A stretch of 61,395 bases of DNA, filler included, from Sphacelaria rigidula (Eukaryota): the NCBI GenBank assembly GCA_964200075.2. It is 5 parts of 5 records of this genome, joined end to end, with 100 filler letters (N's around TTAATTAATTAA, not from the genome) between each part and the next. Parts side by side here need not be neighbours in the genome. Positions count along the whole stretch, not along the records: positions 12,301 to 24,499 come from CAXNAA020004011.1; positions 24,600 to 36,798 come from CAXNAA020004012.1; 3 more parts are not named here. One strand, written 5' to 3'. Positions 12,301 through 26,089 of the stretch are shown here, piece after piece. Below the pieces are notes generated by a model. That model made no database searches, was not told the DNA's origin, and saw only the letters and a list, made by a program, of their open reading frames with translations. The first letter of the stretch is position 1; every line of letters begins with the position of its first letter. The position numbers were made by a program, and so were the translations under genes.

Positions 12301-12887
12301 ACAGATATGCCACTTCAGCCCCATATTTTGTATGAATCCCAAAATATAATATCGGCTGTTATATGTAATAGTCGTGCCATGGGGCCCATTGTACATTGTA
12401 CAGTATTTTCAAAGCCTAAAATAGGACACAAAGTAAGGAGGAAAAGCCTATTTAAAAAATAAAACGGAGCTTAATTTTGTTTTGAAACGTGCTCACGGAG
12501 CTGAAGCCTACTCCTTTCTGCTGTGTTCGACACTACGTACCAACCGCAGCGTGACGCCTTCGGCGGTACTACCTGCTCTCTGCACAGCGGCAGGGTGCAG
12601 GGTGACAAAGCACACCACAGGACGTGACATCCTCAGCCTATCTCTCTCCTACATTGATTTCGCGTTGTCCTATGCGGTTCGACACATCATGAATACAGCC
12701 GCTTGTATCTACGGCCAACGTGTACGCAGGATATCACCTCTCGCTACGCGCTATATCGCTGCGTCACATTTTGTAAAGCTGTCCGTGTTGCAGTTACAGC
12801 GTACGTTTGCCCCAGGTGGCGCAGGAGTGAAAAACTGTCTCCGCCGCTGTAATGGCTGCCTGCATCTTGGGCGAAGCTGTATGGTAA

Positions 12888-12975
12888 CACAACCGCGGCT
12901 GGTGCGCCCACACATATCGAAAGGTGGAGACCGGCGTCCAGAATAGATGGGACGACAACACACACAACATGTGTG
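12888..12975 (+). mobile_element. 3' fragment of tRNA-derived SINE (same family as 28560-28894)
   Basis: GGCTGGTGCGCCCACA.ATA.CGAAAGGTG.AGACCGGCGTCCAGAATA followed by a CA-rich tail; reverse complement of 39944-40030. Confidence 0.7.
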
Positions 12976-13689
12976 CAGTACACTTTCAACATCGTGTTCG
13001 TACTGACTTTAAAAATCCTTGTCCACGGTTGGGTACATTTCCATATATAATGCAGGGTCTGGTACATCTCCACTTATAATGTAACGGAGGGTCTGGTACA
13101 TTTTCGCATGTAAGTGTATGTAATATGTATATGTTACTGAATAATATCGTGAAGAACACCCGCAACATCTGGGCGAACTGCAGGTCAGGCAATCGCCGAA
13201 ATATTCACCTCAGACTCTGCTCCACTGCACTGTAAGTTGATATCGCTAGAAGTACACTACCATAGCAACCTTGCCGGCTGTCAGACTGTCAGGACGTAGG
13301 GTCCGCTAGCATTGCTACTGCCTGTATGGGGTTGTTGCTCCCTTGTCGGGTACGTTTTGGAGCATGATACTGGACGTAGATCATCCTTGTACATGGGCAC
13401 CAAACGCTGGGCGTTCTCACTCAAGACTTCGATTTGGAGAATGATACTGGGTAGGCAACTGCAACTGCTGTGTGCCCAGGTGCCCCTTGGAGCAGGATGC
13501 GTTTGGTGTTTGTTTGACAAAGTTATCCCCATAAACCGAAATCAATAAGAGTTTTAGAGTGGAAAAATCTGATTTAAAAAATGTCGCAAAAATGGAGTCG
13601 CAGAAATCAAGTCGCAGAAATGGAGTCGCAAAAAAAAGGTTAGTAAACATTTTACCCCCAGCAGAAACCAAATTCACTTTGTGAAAGTG

Positions 13690-15110
13690 GAATTAGAATG
13701 ACAGAACTTCATGGAGTCAATCGATCAAGGGGTGGTCTACGCCAATAAAATGACCCGCATTTTTCTATTTCTGCCGACAGAGTCCCACGCTCCTATCGGA
13801 GCTTGGGAATACAGCGAAGGTGTACCTCATGTACAACGATACCCATGAACGAAAACTCTCCATAGAACGTCGCACTCAGTCACAAAAGCGCCAACAAGTC
13901 ATCTGGAGCAAGAAATACGGGAAAACATGCAACGAAAGCTTATTCAATTGCGTCAGAAGCGAGAGGTTCTTCATCTGTACAAACAGCGGATCATCAAAAT
14001 TGAGAATGGAGCTTTCCAATGAGGATGAGCACCCAGAGAAGTAAAATCTTCGTATTTACACCGAATCTTCGAAATATGGTTCCATTCTTTCACCCACTGG
14101 AAGCCATTGACAACTACTACATGCCATACAAACTTGGATTTCGATGAACAAAATGTTGGGGTCCTAGGTGAAGGACCAATTTTGGGGAATTTCGGCGATC
14201 TGATCGCATCGCCTAAATCCCCTAAAATTATTTCTTCATTTGGGACCCCCATATTTCGTTCATCGAAATCCAACTTTTTGGCGTGTAGCAGTTGTCGATA
14301 GCTGCCAGTAGGTGAAGGAATGGAACCATATTTCGAAGATTTGGTGTGGATACGAAGATTATAATCCTCCGGGTTCTCATCCCCGACGAAAGCTCCATCC
14401 TTAATTTCGATGATCGGTTTATACAAGTGGGCAGAGGCTAACTTGACATTCTATTTCTGGTAACCAATCCGTCTATGGCCAGGAAACTTTTCAGATCTGC
14501 CCTGAAGTGAAATACCGCACCTTGCTTCTCCTCCATTGGCACACGCTGTTCTGATGAAGAGTGTTCGGGGTTAAGACATAGAGGCAATGCGCGGAACCGA
14601 CCGCTTCTAGCCATCTTTGCCATGGCATTTTCAATTCGTTGAAAAAGTGAAAACAAAAAATTTTCGCAAGGGTTCATGGATAATCTTCGTTTTCTACGCC
14701 AGGATTTGACGTTTCTTGGTGTGGCTGCGTCCGTGTACCGCCGAGTAGTGTCTACTGCAGCCTACCTATACTAACGTAAGCACGATCGTACGTTGGCAGT
14801 CTGGCAGTCGCTTGCGAAGGTATGGGCACTGAATCAACAGTGCATCAGGCACATCCTCGACGCGCGTAATACCAAATATATGACGATGGAACGTGCGACA
14901 GATGTGTCGATTGTCAATGGCCGCACAAGTATCGATAGCCACCCGCGACTTTCTTGAAAGAGCACCCGCCCATTGGATCAATCCAATGTCGCCTACGTTG
15001 CTTGCACATAGAGAGCAAGGAACTGCGTACCAACTGACATCCCCAACTCACGGGCTTGAGAGCAGATAATAGAAAACCGTTGAGATAACACACAACCCGA
15101 CCGTAAGGCC
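13690..15110 (-). pseudogene. Decayed coding-like remnant of unknown origin, interrupted by a MITE
   Basis: Successive short minus-strand frames with protein-like composition, broken by stops and frameshifts; no motif recognised. Confidence 0.2.
14133..14274. mobile_element. Foldback MITE (~140 bp)
   Basis: ~30-bp TIR TTGGATTTCGATGAACAAAATGTTGGGGTCC / GGACCCCCATATTTCGTTCATCGAAATCCAA. Confidence 0.8.
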
Positions 15111-15685
15111 CCACACGACTCTATTTAACAACATATGAGCTTTCGGTGTCCACATGTTCCGGTGTCACGACAGCTGAAGCGTAGCTCACGGACGAGTCCT
15201 GCCAAGCGAACACACATCCAGCCACCGAGGAGGACACGCAGGATCATGAGGAGTTAGTTATGCAGAACAAGTGGATGAGAGCGTGGTGATGGTAGATGTC
15301 AACAATACTTTCGGCTGAAGAGTGCAGATATCCAAAACGCAAAAGATTCTCACTTCTAGAGGTACCAGCTATCATCATGACACATCGTGATGCAAGAGTA
15401 CAACACGCGCAAAGATGCGCTCAGCAGCATGCCACCTCGATGAATTCCGGGGACCATGTATTACACTGCTCGGGTTGCATTACGGGCGAAGGTGGTGACA
15501 ATTTCAGCCCCTCCCTTTACTTGGAACGAGTCCGTAATCTCGAGGGATCAATCTGTCTCTGCCCCGCTACCGACCTTACATTTGTATCGAGGGCTAATAG
15601 TCCCACACAGCGTCGACGATCGTCGAATCTATCTTGCTACATGCGTCCCGATGCTTTTAATGAAGGAAACCAGAGTCTTCTCAAA

Positions 15686-15750
15686 GAGACCTGTCGGGAT
15701 TCGAACTCGAAACCTTCCGCTCCAGCTGGCTAGTAATGACTGTGCCAGCG
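15686..15750 (-). mobile_element. Degenerate tRNA-like head, probably of a second SINE family
   Basis: Minus strand reads TGGCACAGTC (A-box-like) ... GAGTTCGAATCCC (B box); no complete cloverleaf. Confidence 0.45.
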
Positions 15751-16239
15751 CGTCGAATGGTGTCCGTAACCGGTTATCGCTTTTAGAGTGGTCTCCCATT
15801 GCGCCAACAATTGGCATCTTAATCTCCAGAGCATTGTGCATTTAGACCCTCATCGTTTGAGCGCATGTCGTTAAGTTATAGTCACGAAATTGTCTAGAGC
15901 CACTGATCACGATAGTGCAGTGGCGTCACCTCCACTATGAACTTCCCATGTTGAATACAGTCAGCAAAGCATCTGATAATTAAATGTTTCAATAGTTCAA
16001 CATCTGAAATAAGATATTTTCATAGTTTTTTGGTAGTGAGGGATACTCGAAAGTGTTTCTGCGTGCCACCGCTCAACCCAGGGAACGCTCGATCACAAAG
16101 TTTGGGAATCGGGAGTGGCATGAAGCTAGTGAAGGCTCGACGCCTAATCTCTAGTTTTGGGACGACGGAATCATTCTACAGCTTAAAAGAATCACATCAA
16201 CAAGGGAGTCATGAAGGAGAAAAAAAAAATCCTTCTTTT

Positions 16240-16825
16240 TTCATAATGAGTTATGCCATAATACCCATGAGTTTGGACGCTACCCTTGGGCTGGCTCGGG
16301 GTGAAAGTATGGACGAATATTTCACTGTAGAATCGTCACCTGTGATTGGGATAAAACAAACGATTGCTAAAGAGAACCGCATCAATAAGGGTGTCACGCA
16401 AGAAAAAGAACGAAAAACAAATATTTCCGTAATGAGAAATGCCGGAGTATCCATGATTTTAGACGTTACCCTTGGGCTGGCTCGGGGTAAAAGTCTGGAT
16501 GAATGTTCCACTGTAGAATCGTCACCTGTGATTGAGATAAAACAACTGATGGCTTAAAATGACCGAATCAGTAGGGGTGTCATGCAGGAGAAAAAAAACG
16601 AAACACAAATATTTCCGTCATGAGTTATGCCTTAATATCCATGATTTTGGACATTACCCTTGGGCTGGCTCGGGGTAAAAGTCTAAACGAATATTCCACT
16701 GTAGAATCGTCATTTGTGTGATTTAATAAATGGCCACATGAATAAGGATGCCACGCAGGAGAAACAAAAACGGAAAAAAATATTTTGAATGAGTTATGCC
16801 TTACTGTCCATGTTACCCTTGGGCC
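16240..16825. repeat. ~187-bp tandem repeat, ~3.2 copies
   Basis: ATGAGTTATGCC...TACCCTTGGGCTGGCTCGGGGT.AAAGT...CACTGTAGAATCGTCA recurs from ~16246, 16432, 16620, with a partial copy at 16789. Confidence 0.9.
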
Positions 16826-18399
16826 GAATCAGGTGCTCGTTTACCCGAGGTGCCCCTCTTCCAATGTTCCTACTTCGAGATTGCGGGCAGTGATTCAAAC
16901 TCTTAATGGATCGTTCGAATGTTCTGGTTCAGGGCTGTCCATTGGAACTCGTACTGTGGTTTGATGCTCAAAAATGGGTTTGAAAAATGTTTTCCCTCGT
17001 ACAAACGTAGTGCTCGTTTTCGACGTGCGCTACCGTAACTTGTGTTCGCTTTCTGCATATGCGACCGGCACCTGACGAACGCTACACTCTTCAGGTTTTA
17101 TTTTGATATATCCAAGTTAACTGTGTGTTGCGGTGATGGTAATATAACAGTGTCTACAGCTGGCTTGAAGTTTCCAATAGCGCTACGAAACAGGTGTTCG
17201 TTGGGGGGGTCACACTTGTGTGCAGTTTTTTTCCCAATGCCTTTACTTCCAGTAACTATTCGCCACCGTAATATTATTAGGTATCCCCTCCACATTTCGA
17301 AATCAGATCACATCTGCGCTCATTATTGACCGCCTTACGGGTTGACCGGTTTTTGGGAGTCCTGAGACTACCCAGCCCAAGGTTATGACCCTTGAGTGTT
17401 TTTGTTCGATTGGAGCAATCTCATTGTTCTCGTGAACAAATAAAAATGTTTCTTTTTATTCCTGCCTGTTTATTGCACTAGAGCCGAAAAACTGAGTATT
17501 TTGGACCAGTGACGGTCGGTCGATAACATCCCCTGATGAACAAGATACTTACTCTGTATCACCCCGAAAGCACCAATTGAGGGTTGTGTTCTGAGCACGA
17601 CCTGTTCCTCTTCCCGATCCATCGATGCTAGGACTTTCGAGCGCCAAGGACGGATACTACACGAGAAAATTCGGAAAAGTACCCAAAAATAGAAATCGCC
17701 CAACCGAGCTTCGCATAGCACAGGCGAGAGTGAAGCAGTCCCGATCACTCTCATGAATGATTCTACGGATCCTCATTTTCTTCCTTTACCTATTCATTGC
17801 GCTGGAGTCGGAACGAAATATGTTTTGGACCAAAAATGGTCAGCAACACCCCCTTTCAATTCAGCTCGGAAGTCGTTCAGAATTGAACAAAGAGATGATT
17901 TTTGTTTCGGAATGTGAAGCGAATGCCTAGTATCTACCGAGTCCCATACGTCGTGATCAATCGCTCGCTGGAATGAGCGGTGGTGTGCACGCGAAAAAAA
18001 CGTTGAAAATCGCCGATAAGGAAAAAATTACGAAAGTCTCCTGTTTCAGATGAAAACTACTATTAACATAGGAAACTGTCATTGAGGTACGAAACGATTC
18101 GCGGCGTCATGCTACACTAAGTTGGTGACAATTTCGGGATTTTCTTATCGTGCCGGAACCCGGATAGATGTCCGGAATAGCACTGCAGGCTACACAATTT
18201 GCTCGTGGAAGCATAGGCAAACCATTTTTTATCGCTCAACCGCACGTGCACATCAAGGAATGAAAATATACAACAATTTGACGAATTTTCTCGTTATTTG
18301 TCCCATGTTCGACTTTTGCACGAATTCATCATACGGTTCGTGCACAAATTGTGATTCGTACATCTTTTGGGCTCATGATTCGTGCGACACTATATGAAA

Positions 18400-18740
18400 C
18401 GTACGTATCACAGCCTGTTATTCGTGCGGTGTACTGTCGAAGGTACGTCTTTTTCACATGGGATCCATGGGCCATGAATCATAGGTACGCTTTTTCCACC
18501 CTGTGGCTTATGCAGCACAAATCATAGGTACATATTTCTCATATTTCACTCATACAGCATAAATCATGCCGACAGGTTCCCTACCGTTCATTCATGAGGC
18601 ATGGACCATACGCACATGTACCTGCCATTCGTGCGGTATGAATCAAGTGGAGGTAATTCCCACACGTCAGTCGTACGGCAAGAATCACGCGTACAAGTCT
18701 CCCAACCTTCATTAACACGCATAAACCAGGCTGACATTGT
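18400..18740. repeat. Degenerate ~42-43 bp tandem array; related array at ~19280-19600
   Basis: (G/A)AATCATAGGTAC-type motif at 18476, 18519, 18561 and further decayed units. Confidence 0.55.
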
Positions 18741-19024
18741 GTCTCACCCATAATTTGTGCGACCTGAATCCAATGCACACTGACCCGGCCACCGTTTCAC
18801 GCGCCACGATCCTTTACTTTGTGTATATTCTGCAACTGTCGTTCATGAGGCATGACTCTTTGGTTCATCTCCCGCACCCTCAGTTCGTGCCGTACGATTT
18901 TTGCGCATCGTGACAAGCCTAGCCTGTCATTGATAATGAGCATACGTCATTCATTGTATATTTATTTTATTCGTCTGCACGAGACGGGCTTCCTTGCTTA
19001 TTCGGGACGAGTGAAACATTTCAA

Positions 19025-19220
19025 CCGTTGGACCGCTTTGGCAGGCCTTGTAGTGAACGGGGCCTTTTTCACTTGAAACCTGAACCTTGGATTCAGATGA
19101 ACCACAAAGGCGGTCACGGGTTAACCCCAGTGATCGCCAGGGTGTGTCATCTGGGTTATAATCATTCCTGAGAAGAAATGATATCGATTCAACGGATGAC
19201 CGACTCTAGCAGCCAAAGGG
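19025..19220. mobile_element. Two adjacent decayed piggyBac-like MITEs sharing a central TTAA
   Basis: TCAA|CCGTTGGACCGC...GCGGTCACGGG|TTAA|CCCCAGTGATCGC...GCAGCCAAAGGG|TTAT. Confidence 0.5.
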
Positions 19221-21034
19221 TTATTCCAGGCCCGAGAATGGGAGGACGCTCATCATGCGTAGAGCGAATGTTTGGTTGATTGAACGAATCAAATTGTACG
19301 ATTCGCACAAGAATGGGCATTCCCTCTCGTTTCTCACCAGCAAGTCATACGGCACGTATCTCACGCACATCTTTCTCACCTGCCATTGATACGGCATGAA
19401 ACACGCATACATGCTTCCCACCAACCACTCACATACCATAAATCAAGCGCGCATGATTCCCGGGTGTCATCGCACGGCATGGGTAAAGCTTATCTGTTTC
19501 CTAGCTGCCATTTATAGGGGACGAATCATACGTACATGTTTCTCAACTGTCATCACATGGCATGCGCATATATTTCCCACTCGCGAATTCATGCGGGATG
19601 ATTCAAATTGACGGTCTCCCCACCAGTGATTCGTACAAAAAGTGTGATTCGTACATACTCTGTACTCTTTATTCTTGTGGCACTATTTGGAGCGTACACA
19701 ACCCTCTTCGTAATTCGTTTAATACTACGTAGAAAACACCCTGTTTATATACCATTTGGCCCTGCTTATGCAGTGCGGTTCTGCTATTACAGTCGTTGCA
19801 GACCTCTCAATTCTTGGTGGATTGAGCTAAAGACAAGCACACCACACGTGATTGACTGAGTACAACCGTTGGGGATAATTGCATTTCACATTTCACATGT
19901 TTTGGATCATTTTCACCACCGGAACCGGGACCTAGTGACGCATCGAAATGAAGAATCGAAATAGATACCGTTTCTGACATCGTGTTTGCTCAGACACGCC
20001 CTTACCTCCAGTGACGTCACTTGGCTGCTTTGAGCATACTTCACCCAGGCCACGCAAAACCCCGTCGATGATGCCCTGGCGGCGTTCATGAACGTCTGAT
20101 CAGAAGCAGCAGATCGGGAGCGGCATGTTCAGACAGTGTGATATTTTAATGCTGTTTCTAACAGATCCGACACTGACCATTGGATGGCATATCGGTAAGC
20201 ACAGACGTGAAATCTTAACCTCTCTATCGGCACAGCAGAACAAACTGCCGGTTCGCCTTCAACTTCTTTCCACCAGTGCATAGTGAAGATGTCGAAAACT
20301 CCACCAGCGCCCGTTGGGCTTTTTCTTTAGCGCAGCCAAGAAATCGAGAAAAAATGTTGACTGGGTCGACTATCGACGGTCAAAATGCCCCATGCTAAAA
20401 GCGAGTGGGAGTACACCGCGCACCAATGTTTTCACGCGGGAGTGTTCACGGCTGCTCTCATTCCCTCAAAACCAAGGCGACAAATGTGCGTGGTTTCCAG
20501 GATGCTTTCTTTGGTGGCATTTGGAAGACTTGAAGTCGAAATATTCATCAATATCAATAGGAACACGACTTTTTTACATACATTGAGGTGTGACGACTAC
20601 AAACAGAGACAGCAAACATACCGCGAGAGCACCTGACCTTGCTAAATCAGGAGTGAGTGGTGGAGGGTATTCTGATTTTTTCATGTATGCCGTCTCTAGT
20701 GAAAGCTACTTTCGATGTTCCACAGCTCCTTCGTACTCCAAGCGGTACACAGAATGTGGTACCACATCATCGACAAAATAGACCGCAAATTAACGTCTGA
20801 GTCGTTCTGTGCTACAAATGACTTCGGTAGCACCAGCTCCCGGTTCAAATCTGCCGTACGTGGTCTGTAGTCATGATGTTTTTGTTGCGTTGCGTTCTAC
20901 CAGATATTGCGGCATCGAAGATAACCTGAAAACGTTTGGGGGGCGGTGATCAGTTGTTCATCATGCCCAACTGTTCTGAGCACTGTGTATACGTAAAAAT
21001 CGGCACCAGCAAGGGGGCGCGTAGCGACTTTTCC

Positions 21035-21517
21035 CATTGCCATAAGACCGTTGACCTCGCATCCCTTCAAAGCCGGGATGGAGAAAGCCGGGTTTTCGCC
21101 GGACCAGGCCCGCAATCACCAAGCGCGAAGCGCCGTGATCTGTTCGGCAAGTCGCATGAAGGGTGAGCTCCATCCTACGAAGATTGTCCTGTTCGGTCCG
21201 AAGCATTCTGATCATCTTGCACATGGATAACAACCACCAATGAGTTCCTTCATTTTCTGGTATCGCCACTTCCAGAGACAGCCACGAGTTACATTACTCA
21301 GGGGCGTCTCGCGATTTAAACACGAAGCAGTATGACTATCCGCTTTGCACGGAGTCGAGGTTCTCCACTTCGCACAACATGACCCAACTCACCATCATCA
21401 TGCTTACTGCAAAAGCACGCAAGCGGAAGCAAAAACGGTAACCTAAGTGCCTAGCTTACGCAGTGAGTGGCACGTCCTACGGCGCCGTAACCAACCGACG
21501 GGGGGGGGGGGGGGGGG
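21035..21517 (+). mobile_element. Dispersed ~500-bp repeat family ending in poly-G (copy 1)
   Basis: Colinear with 47140-47670 (GCCGGGTTTTCGCCGGACCAGG; CATTTTCTGGTATCGCCACTTCCAGAGACAGCCACG; TAGCTTACGCAGTGAGTGGC). Confidence 0.85.
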
Positions 21518-21749
21518 CAGTGGGTGACGCATGGCACAGTTATTTTCATCATGTCGCAATTTTACCAACCCATTACCCAGAAAACCGATTTATGTACAGA
21601 TACGTACATATATGCCCGGGTGCTAGTTGGGCTGCGAGAAGTCCATATTTGGCGTGAAAACAAATGGTGACACATGCGTGTTTTTCTCGGAAAATCGATG
21701 ACGCGGTAGGGCTTCGGGAGAAAACAGTTACAAGTTCCCTTTTATTCAA

Positions 21750-21867
21750 CCCTTTTGGAACCCACTGACGATTATTGTTTTTGTCAATCGGCATCATTTT
21801 GACTTGAAAATGACTGAAAATGATACCGATTCACAAAAACAAAAATCGTCAATGGGTTCCAAAAGGG
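21750..21867. mobile_element. piggyBac-like foldback MITE (118 bp)
   Basis: TCAA|CCCTTTTGGAACCCA.TGACGATT...AATCGTCAATGGGTTCCAAAAGGG|TTAA; almost fully palindromic. Confidence 0.8.
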
Positions 21868-23039
21868 TTAAGTTCATGACAACATAATGCACCACGTAGT
21901 GCACCACATGATTATCTGAATGACATCTCCACATGTGTTGGACTCATCTCTATGGGGAAAAACAGATGGATGTTATTCCCCCCTGGTATCTCTTGAATCA
22001 TCCAGGGCGCGGATTGCATATGTGGTGCGTTTGGTCGACGGTGGAGGGATACTACCGTTGGAAAACGTTTTTTTGCACATTGATTGCTGGTCATGTAGTG
22101 TACTTGCAGTAGATGGTGTGGAAATGTTTGAGTTGAACTGAATCTTTATATTTTGCAAGCGGTCGCGCAAAAAACCGAGCAACTCACAATGGAGGAGAAT
22201 GCCAACTCACAAAAAAATGTTTTCATGGGTATGTTTTACATGAGAAAACCGACTTTTGGGCAGCAATGATGATGACTAACGCTCGCGCCGACGATGCACG
22301 CGGTTGAGTGGCGACTGGTGCATGCATACTCGACTTTTTCTGCCTAGCCTGCGGTGTCGGGTTGAGAAAAAGTGCAAAATAGGAACAGGGGTAGGAGAGC
22401 GTGAAGAGAACGGCATAAGGCATTTCAGTGCACTTCAGCATGATACAGTGCCGTGAAGGACAGGCACTAAGCAAAGCAGGTACTATGAAGGGTGTGCCGT
22501 GCCTGTCACAGTGGACAGAGCCCCGGCCGAGCGCCAGCGATCCTGCCGTTGCTTACTACGGCATCTTGAGGTTTGTGCTCATCTAAAACCTCACTATTAA
22601 TTTGAGAAGGCATTCCGGTGCTATACTATGCAAGGAATTGCTCAGGTTTTGGTTGCTGTTTATTTGAAACATGTGTGGGGGCGGGAGGTACTGCAGTGTA
22701 GTCCGCATGGTACAAGTAGCGCTTATAAAGTATTGAGGTAGCAGTGCCATATTGTACTGTCGTACTTTGTATGATACTACTACATACGACAACAGCAGCA
22801 CGTCGCCGGGGATCAGCGGTGGTTTGCACACAAATGGTGACTTTTATGTACTTGCTCATGTAGGAGCAGTTCACATCTGGCAAACAGCTCCACTTTTGTA
22901 GTACAGACATCACCGTAAATTTATTTCAACAGCTAGAAGCTAAAGATTACGAGCAGTTGTGTACGACAGGTGGGACAGAAGTGCGCAATACCACTACTCA
23001 TCGGCTACGATAGTCACACACATGACAGGTGAGCAGCGA

Positions 23040-24165
23040 ATGGCAACAAGCATTAGCAACACGGGTATACCAGCAAGTGCAGCTTCAACGCGGTGTTTCT
23101 GGCGGTTGTCGAGCATCTTAATCCAATGATGTGCTTTCTGTGCGTCGCTCAGGTTGTGCACGCAGTGATCGAGGTCGGGTTGGGATATTGCAAGAAGTCT
23201 ATTACTACCGTTGCGCAGCTGCTGCTAGCCGGTCATCGACGTTTCAACAGTTCTTTGTGCGTAGCCTTCATGTACCCGTCCCCGTTCTTCGTTCATGAGA
23301 CTCACTCGTCGCTGCCTTGTAACCGGTAGTAAGGTTGCACTCGGCTTCGTTTCCTGTTCACGCCATTCGCTAAATCATGCCCTTCCTTCTGGAAAAGACC
23401 GTAGTATTGAGGGACCGATTCATCTCTATCCCCGGCACCACCTGGCATATCGGTATCGCGGGTTGCATATGCAGTCCCGCACCGCGTCGACCCAGGTAGA
23501 AGTTTCTCTGCTACTCATGTCCTCGCGCTTCCGAAGACAGAAGCCAGGTTTGCTCGGAAACACTGAATATATCTTAATTCCAATCCGCGATTTTCCACTC
23601 GATCGGGCTCTCGGTGTACTAGATACACCACCTGGAAGCTACTGTGGTGGCGCATTATTATCGGAAAGCATGTCACCATTACGGTGGTCAGAGCTCCGCG
23701 GTTCGAATAGTAGCCCTTCGGTGTGAATTCACAACGTCGTGGTCTATTCTTACACAGATACGAAGTACAGTATTCATAGTGACCAGTGCCCTTTGCCTTT
23801 TCGCTGTTGCTTGAGTCTCGAACACATTTGCACGCACACGATGCTGAAATTTTTGGCCCCGTGATACACGCAATCGTTCAACCTACTGCGTAGCTGTACC
23901 ATGGACATTGCTTTTAGCAGCCGCTGCCACTGGAATGTAAGGTGCACAATTTCAAATGCCCTCGCAACCTGAAATGGGTATAAACCTATGATTGAATGTT
24001 CTCAATCGTAGGATTCAAGGCAAGCACCTCCTTTGCAACACATGCCATCATCTTCTGCAGCCGGGGTTTAAATTTTCTTCATCCAACGACCCGGGGTCGG
24101 GCGTGCCGCAGTAGCACAAAACATGGGATTTAAGCACAACGCCATACATGGGAATAGGTTTCTGT
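23040..24165 (-). pseudogene. Decayed coding-like remnant, unidentified
   Basis: Protein-like minus-strand fragments (KFKPRLQKMMACVAKEVLALNP; ETSTWVDAVRDCIC; LSDAQKAHHWIKMLDNRQK) separated by stops and frameshifts. Confidence 0.2.
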
Positions 24166-24499
24166 AGTGAAATGTGAATTTCAACCAATCAGAGGCCCTT
24201 CAGTGAGGAATCGGCGGAATCCAGCGCCAATGAAATTCGATCTTCGTAGGTAATTATTTTGTGAATAATGTTTGTGATTGGCTCGCAGACTCGAGTCACA
24301 CCTGTAGTGTACGCCGGGGCGAATAGAACAGCAGCAGAGAAACGAAGCTATAAGCAGACAATCAGACAGCGAGTGATACATTGCCGCCGCAATGGGTCAT
24401 TGCGATGCTCGTGTATCTGTATATCCCCATCTTACTATGGCTGGTTGTGTCTTTCCGTGGCCGCAAGCGCTGGCGCCGATGCCAGCGGCAGCAGCCGCC

Positions 24500-24599
24500 N
24501 NNNNNNNNNNNNNNNNNNNNNNNNNNNNNNNNNNNNNNNNNNNTTAATTAATTAANNNNNNNNNNNNNNNNNNNNNNNNNNNNNNNNNNNNNNNNNNNN
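24500..24599. other. Artificial contig linker 2
   Basis: N44-TTAATTAATTAA-N44. Confidence 0.98.
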
Positions 24600-25374
24600 A
24601 TATTTTGTATGAACCCCAAAATATAAAATCGGCTGTTTATTCTTTGTCTGACATAAGTTTTGGGGTTCACCATTCTTCACATAAGCCTTTCAAGAACCCT
24701 CCAGCCCCACGTGTCTGCAAAGTTGTACTGAATCTGGATTGCACAACTGGCGATAGTACGGCAGCACGGTAGCACCTGGAACCGCGAGTGTGCTTCACTT
24801 TCTTCTGATCCTACTTATTTTCTGATATTTTCTGATATCCGAGTTGGTGGTGGACCAGGCAACTTGTCGACCGTTTGTGGGGATAAATGACGGGTTGTAA
24901 TCGTACGCAGAGGCGAGGGAGCTGTGGCCAGAGACGATCACATCATGACATGCCATGGTAGGATGGAACAAGTAACGAAGGTGCTGAGTTAAGAAAAAAC
25001 TAAATATAAAAGGCTAAATTTGACGACCCAAATTGTGTGTGTCATGTTCCAGCGATGGTTGTCTGCCCTGAGCAGTGTGTTCTCAGTGATGGAAGAAAGA
25101 AGCAATTGTGCTGGGAAACGAAAGAGAGTGGGTAAGTGTGCGTGCACTTCTGTACCCATTCGTCCTCATCGATTCATTATTATCCTAACGGCTGAAAACT
25201 CACACCAAAATCAAGGATAGAAAACTGACATGCAGTAGTACATTCCACGGCTACTAGAAGAAACTTCCTCCTACGGATAATTCTTCTGTAATGATACTGC
25301 AATGACCCGAAAGATATCGTACAATATCCCGAAGGATATCTGATACTCTAGAAATGACTAAAACATGAACATGT

Positions 25375-25745
25375 CACACGTCGGAGGAATTACCACCTGT
25401 CGAAACGAGTGCACTCGTCAGTGTCCTTTTAGAACACCGAGCATGACTCGTTTGCTCCTGTCACTTATTTTTTCACCACGAGCAACGACTCGAGTGCTCG
25501 AGTCTTTTGTTTTTTCCAACCACGATCAACGACTCGTGTGCTCTCGGCTCATTTATTGTTTTCCTCACGAGCAAAGACTCGGGTGCTCGAGCTGTTCATT
25601 CTTTTACCACGAGTACTGACTCGGGTGCTCGAGCTATTCATTTTTTGAACCGCGAGCAATGACTCCTGTACTGGAGTCCTTCATTGCTTCCACCACGAGT
25701 GATGACTGGTTAGCTCGAGTCATTTATTTTTTCCACCACGAGCTG
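25375..25745 (-). repeat. ~43-bp palindromic tandem array element (GACTCG-N6-CGAGTC family)
   Basis: About 7 units of CACGAGCAA.GACTCG.GTGCTCGAGTCATT(T-rich); reverse-complement homologue of 40818-41127, including the non-repetitive end TCGAAACGAGTGCA.TCGT. Confidence 0.85.
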
Positions 25746-26089
25746 CTTATTTAGTTTCTGTTCGTCAAGATTCTCAACCGTGAGCTATATTTCACTATGC
25801 GTCGCGGAGGCGAAGGTCCAGTTCGTTGTGGACGGCCTGCTCCCTGTTGACCCGAAGAAACGGATGAGAGCCGGTGAGTGAGTCCCTCGCGAGTGCTCGT
25901 AGCATAAGGTCCTACAGTCATAGATTCTCCATGTGCGCTGCAACACGCGCACGCTGAAAATTTCCAATGTGTGAGCCAATGTACCCCAATCTCCCGGTGT
26001 AGCCCACACGATGCAGTCCGTATACTACACTGCTTCACAATCATGCATCGGAACCACAAAACGCTCTCACGGGCGTTTCTGCCTGTGGG

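Noticed and set aside
13971..14426. 151-aa ORF as an intact gene
   Set aside because: About a third of it is a foldback MITE that happens to be open.
16030..16557. 175-aa ORF with an internal repeat
   Set aside because: Derived from the ~187-bp tandem repeat; the third copy is not open and there is no domain signature.
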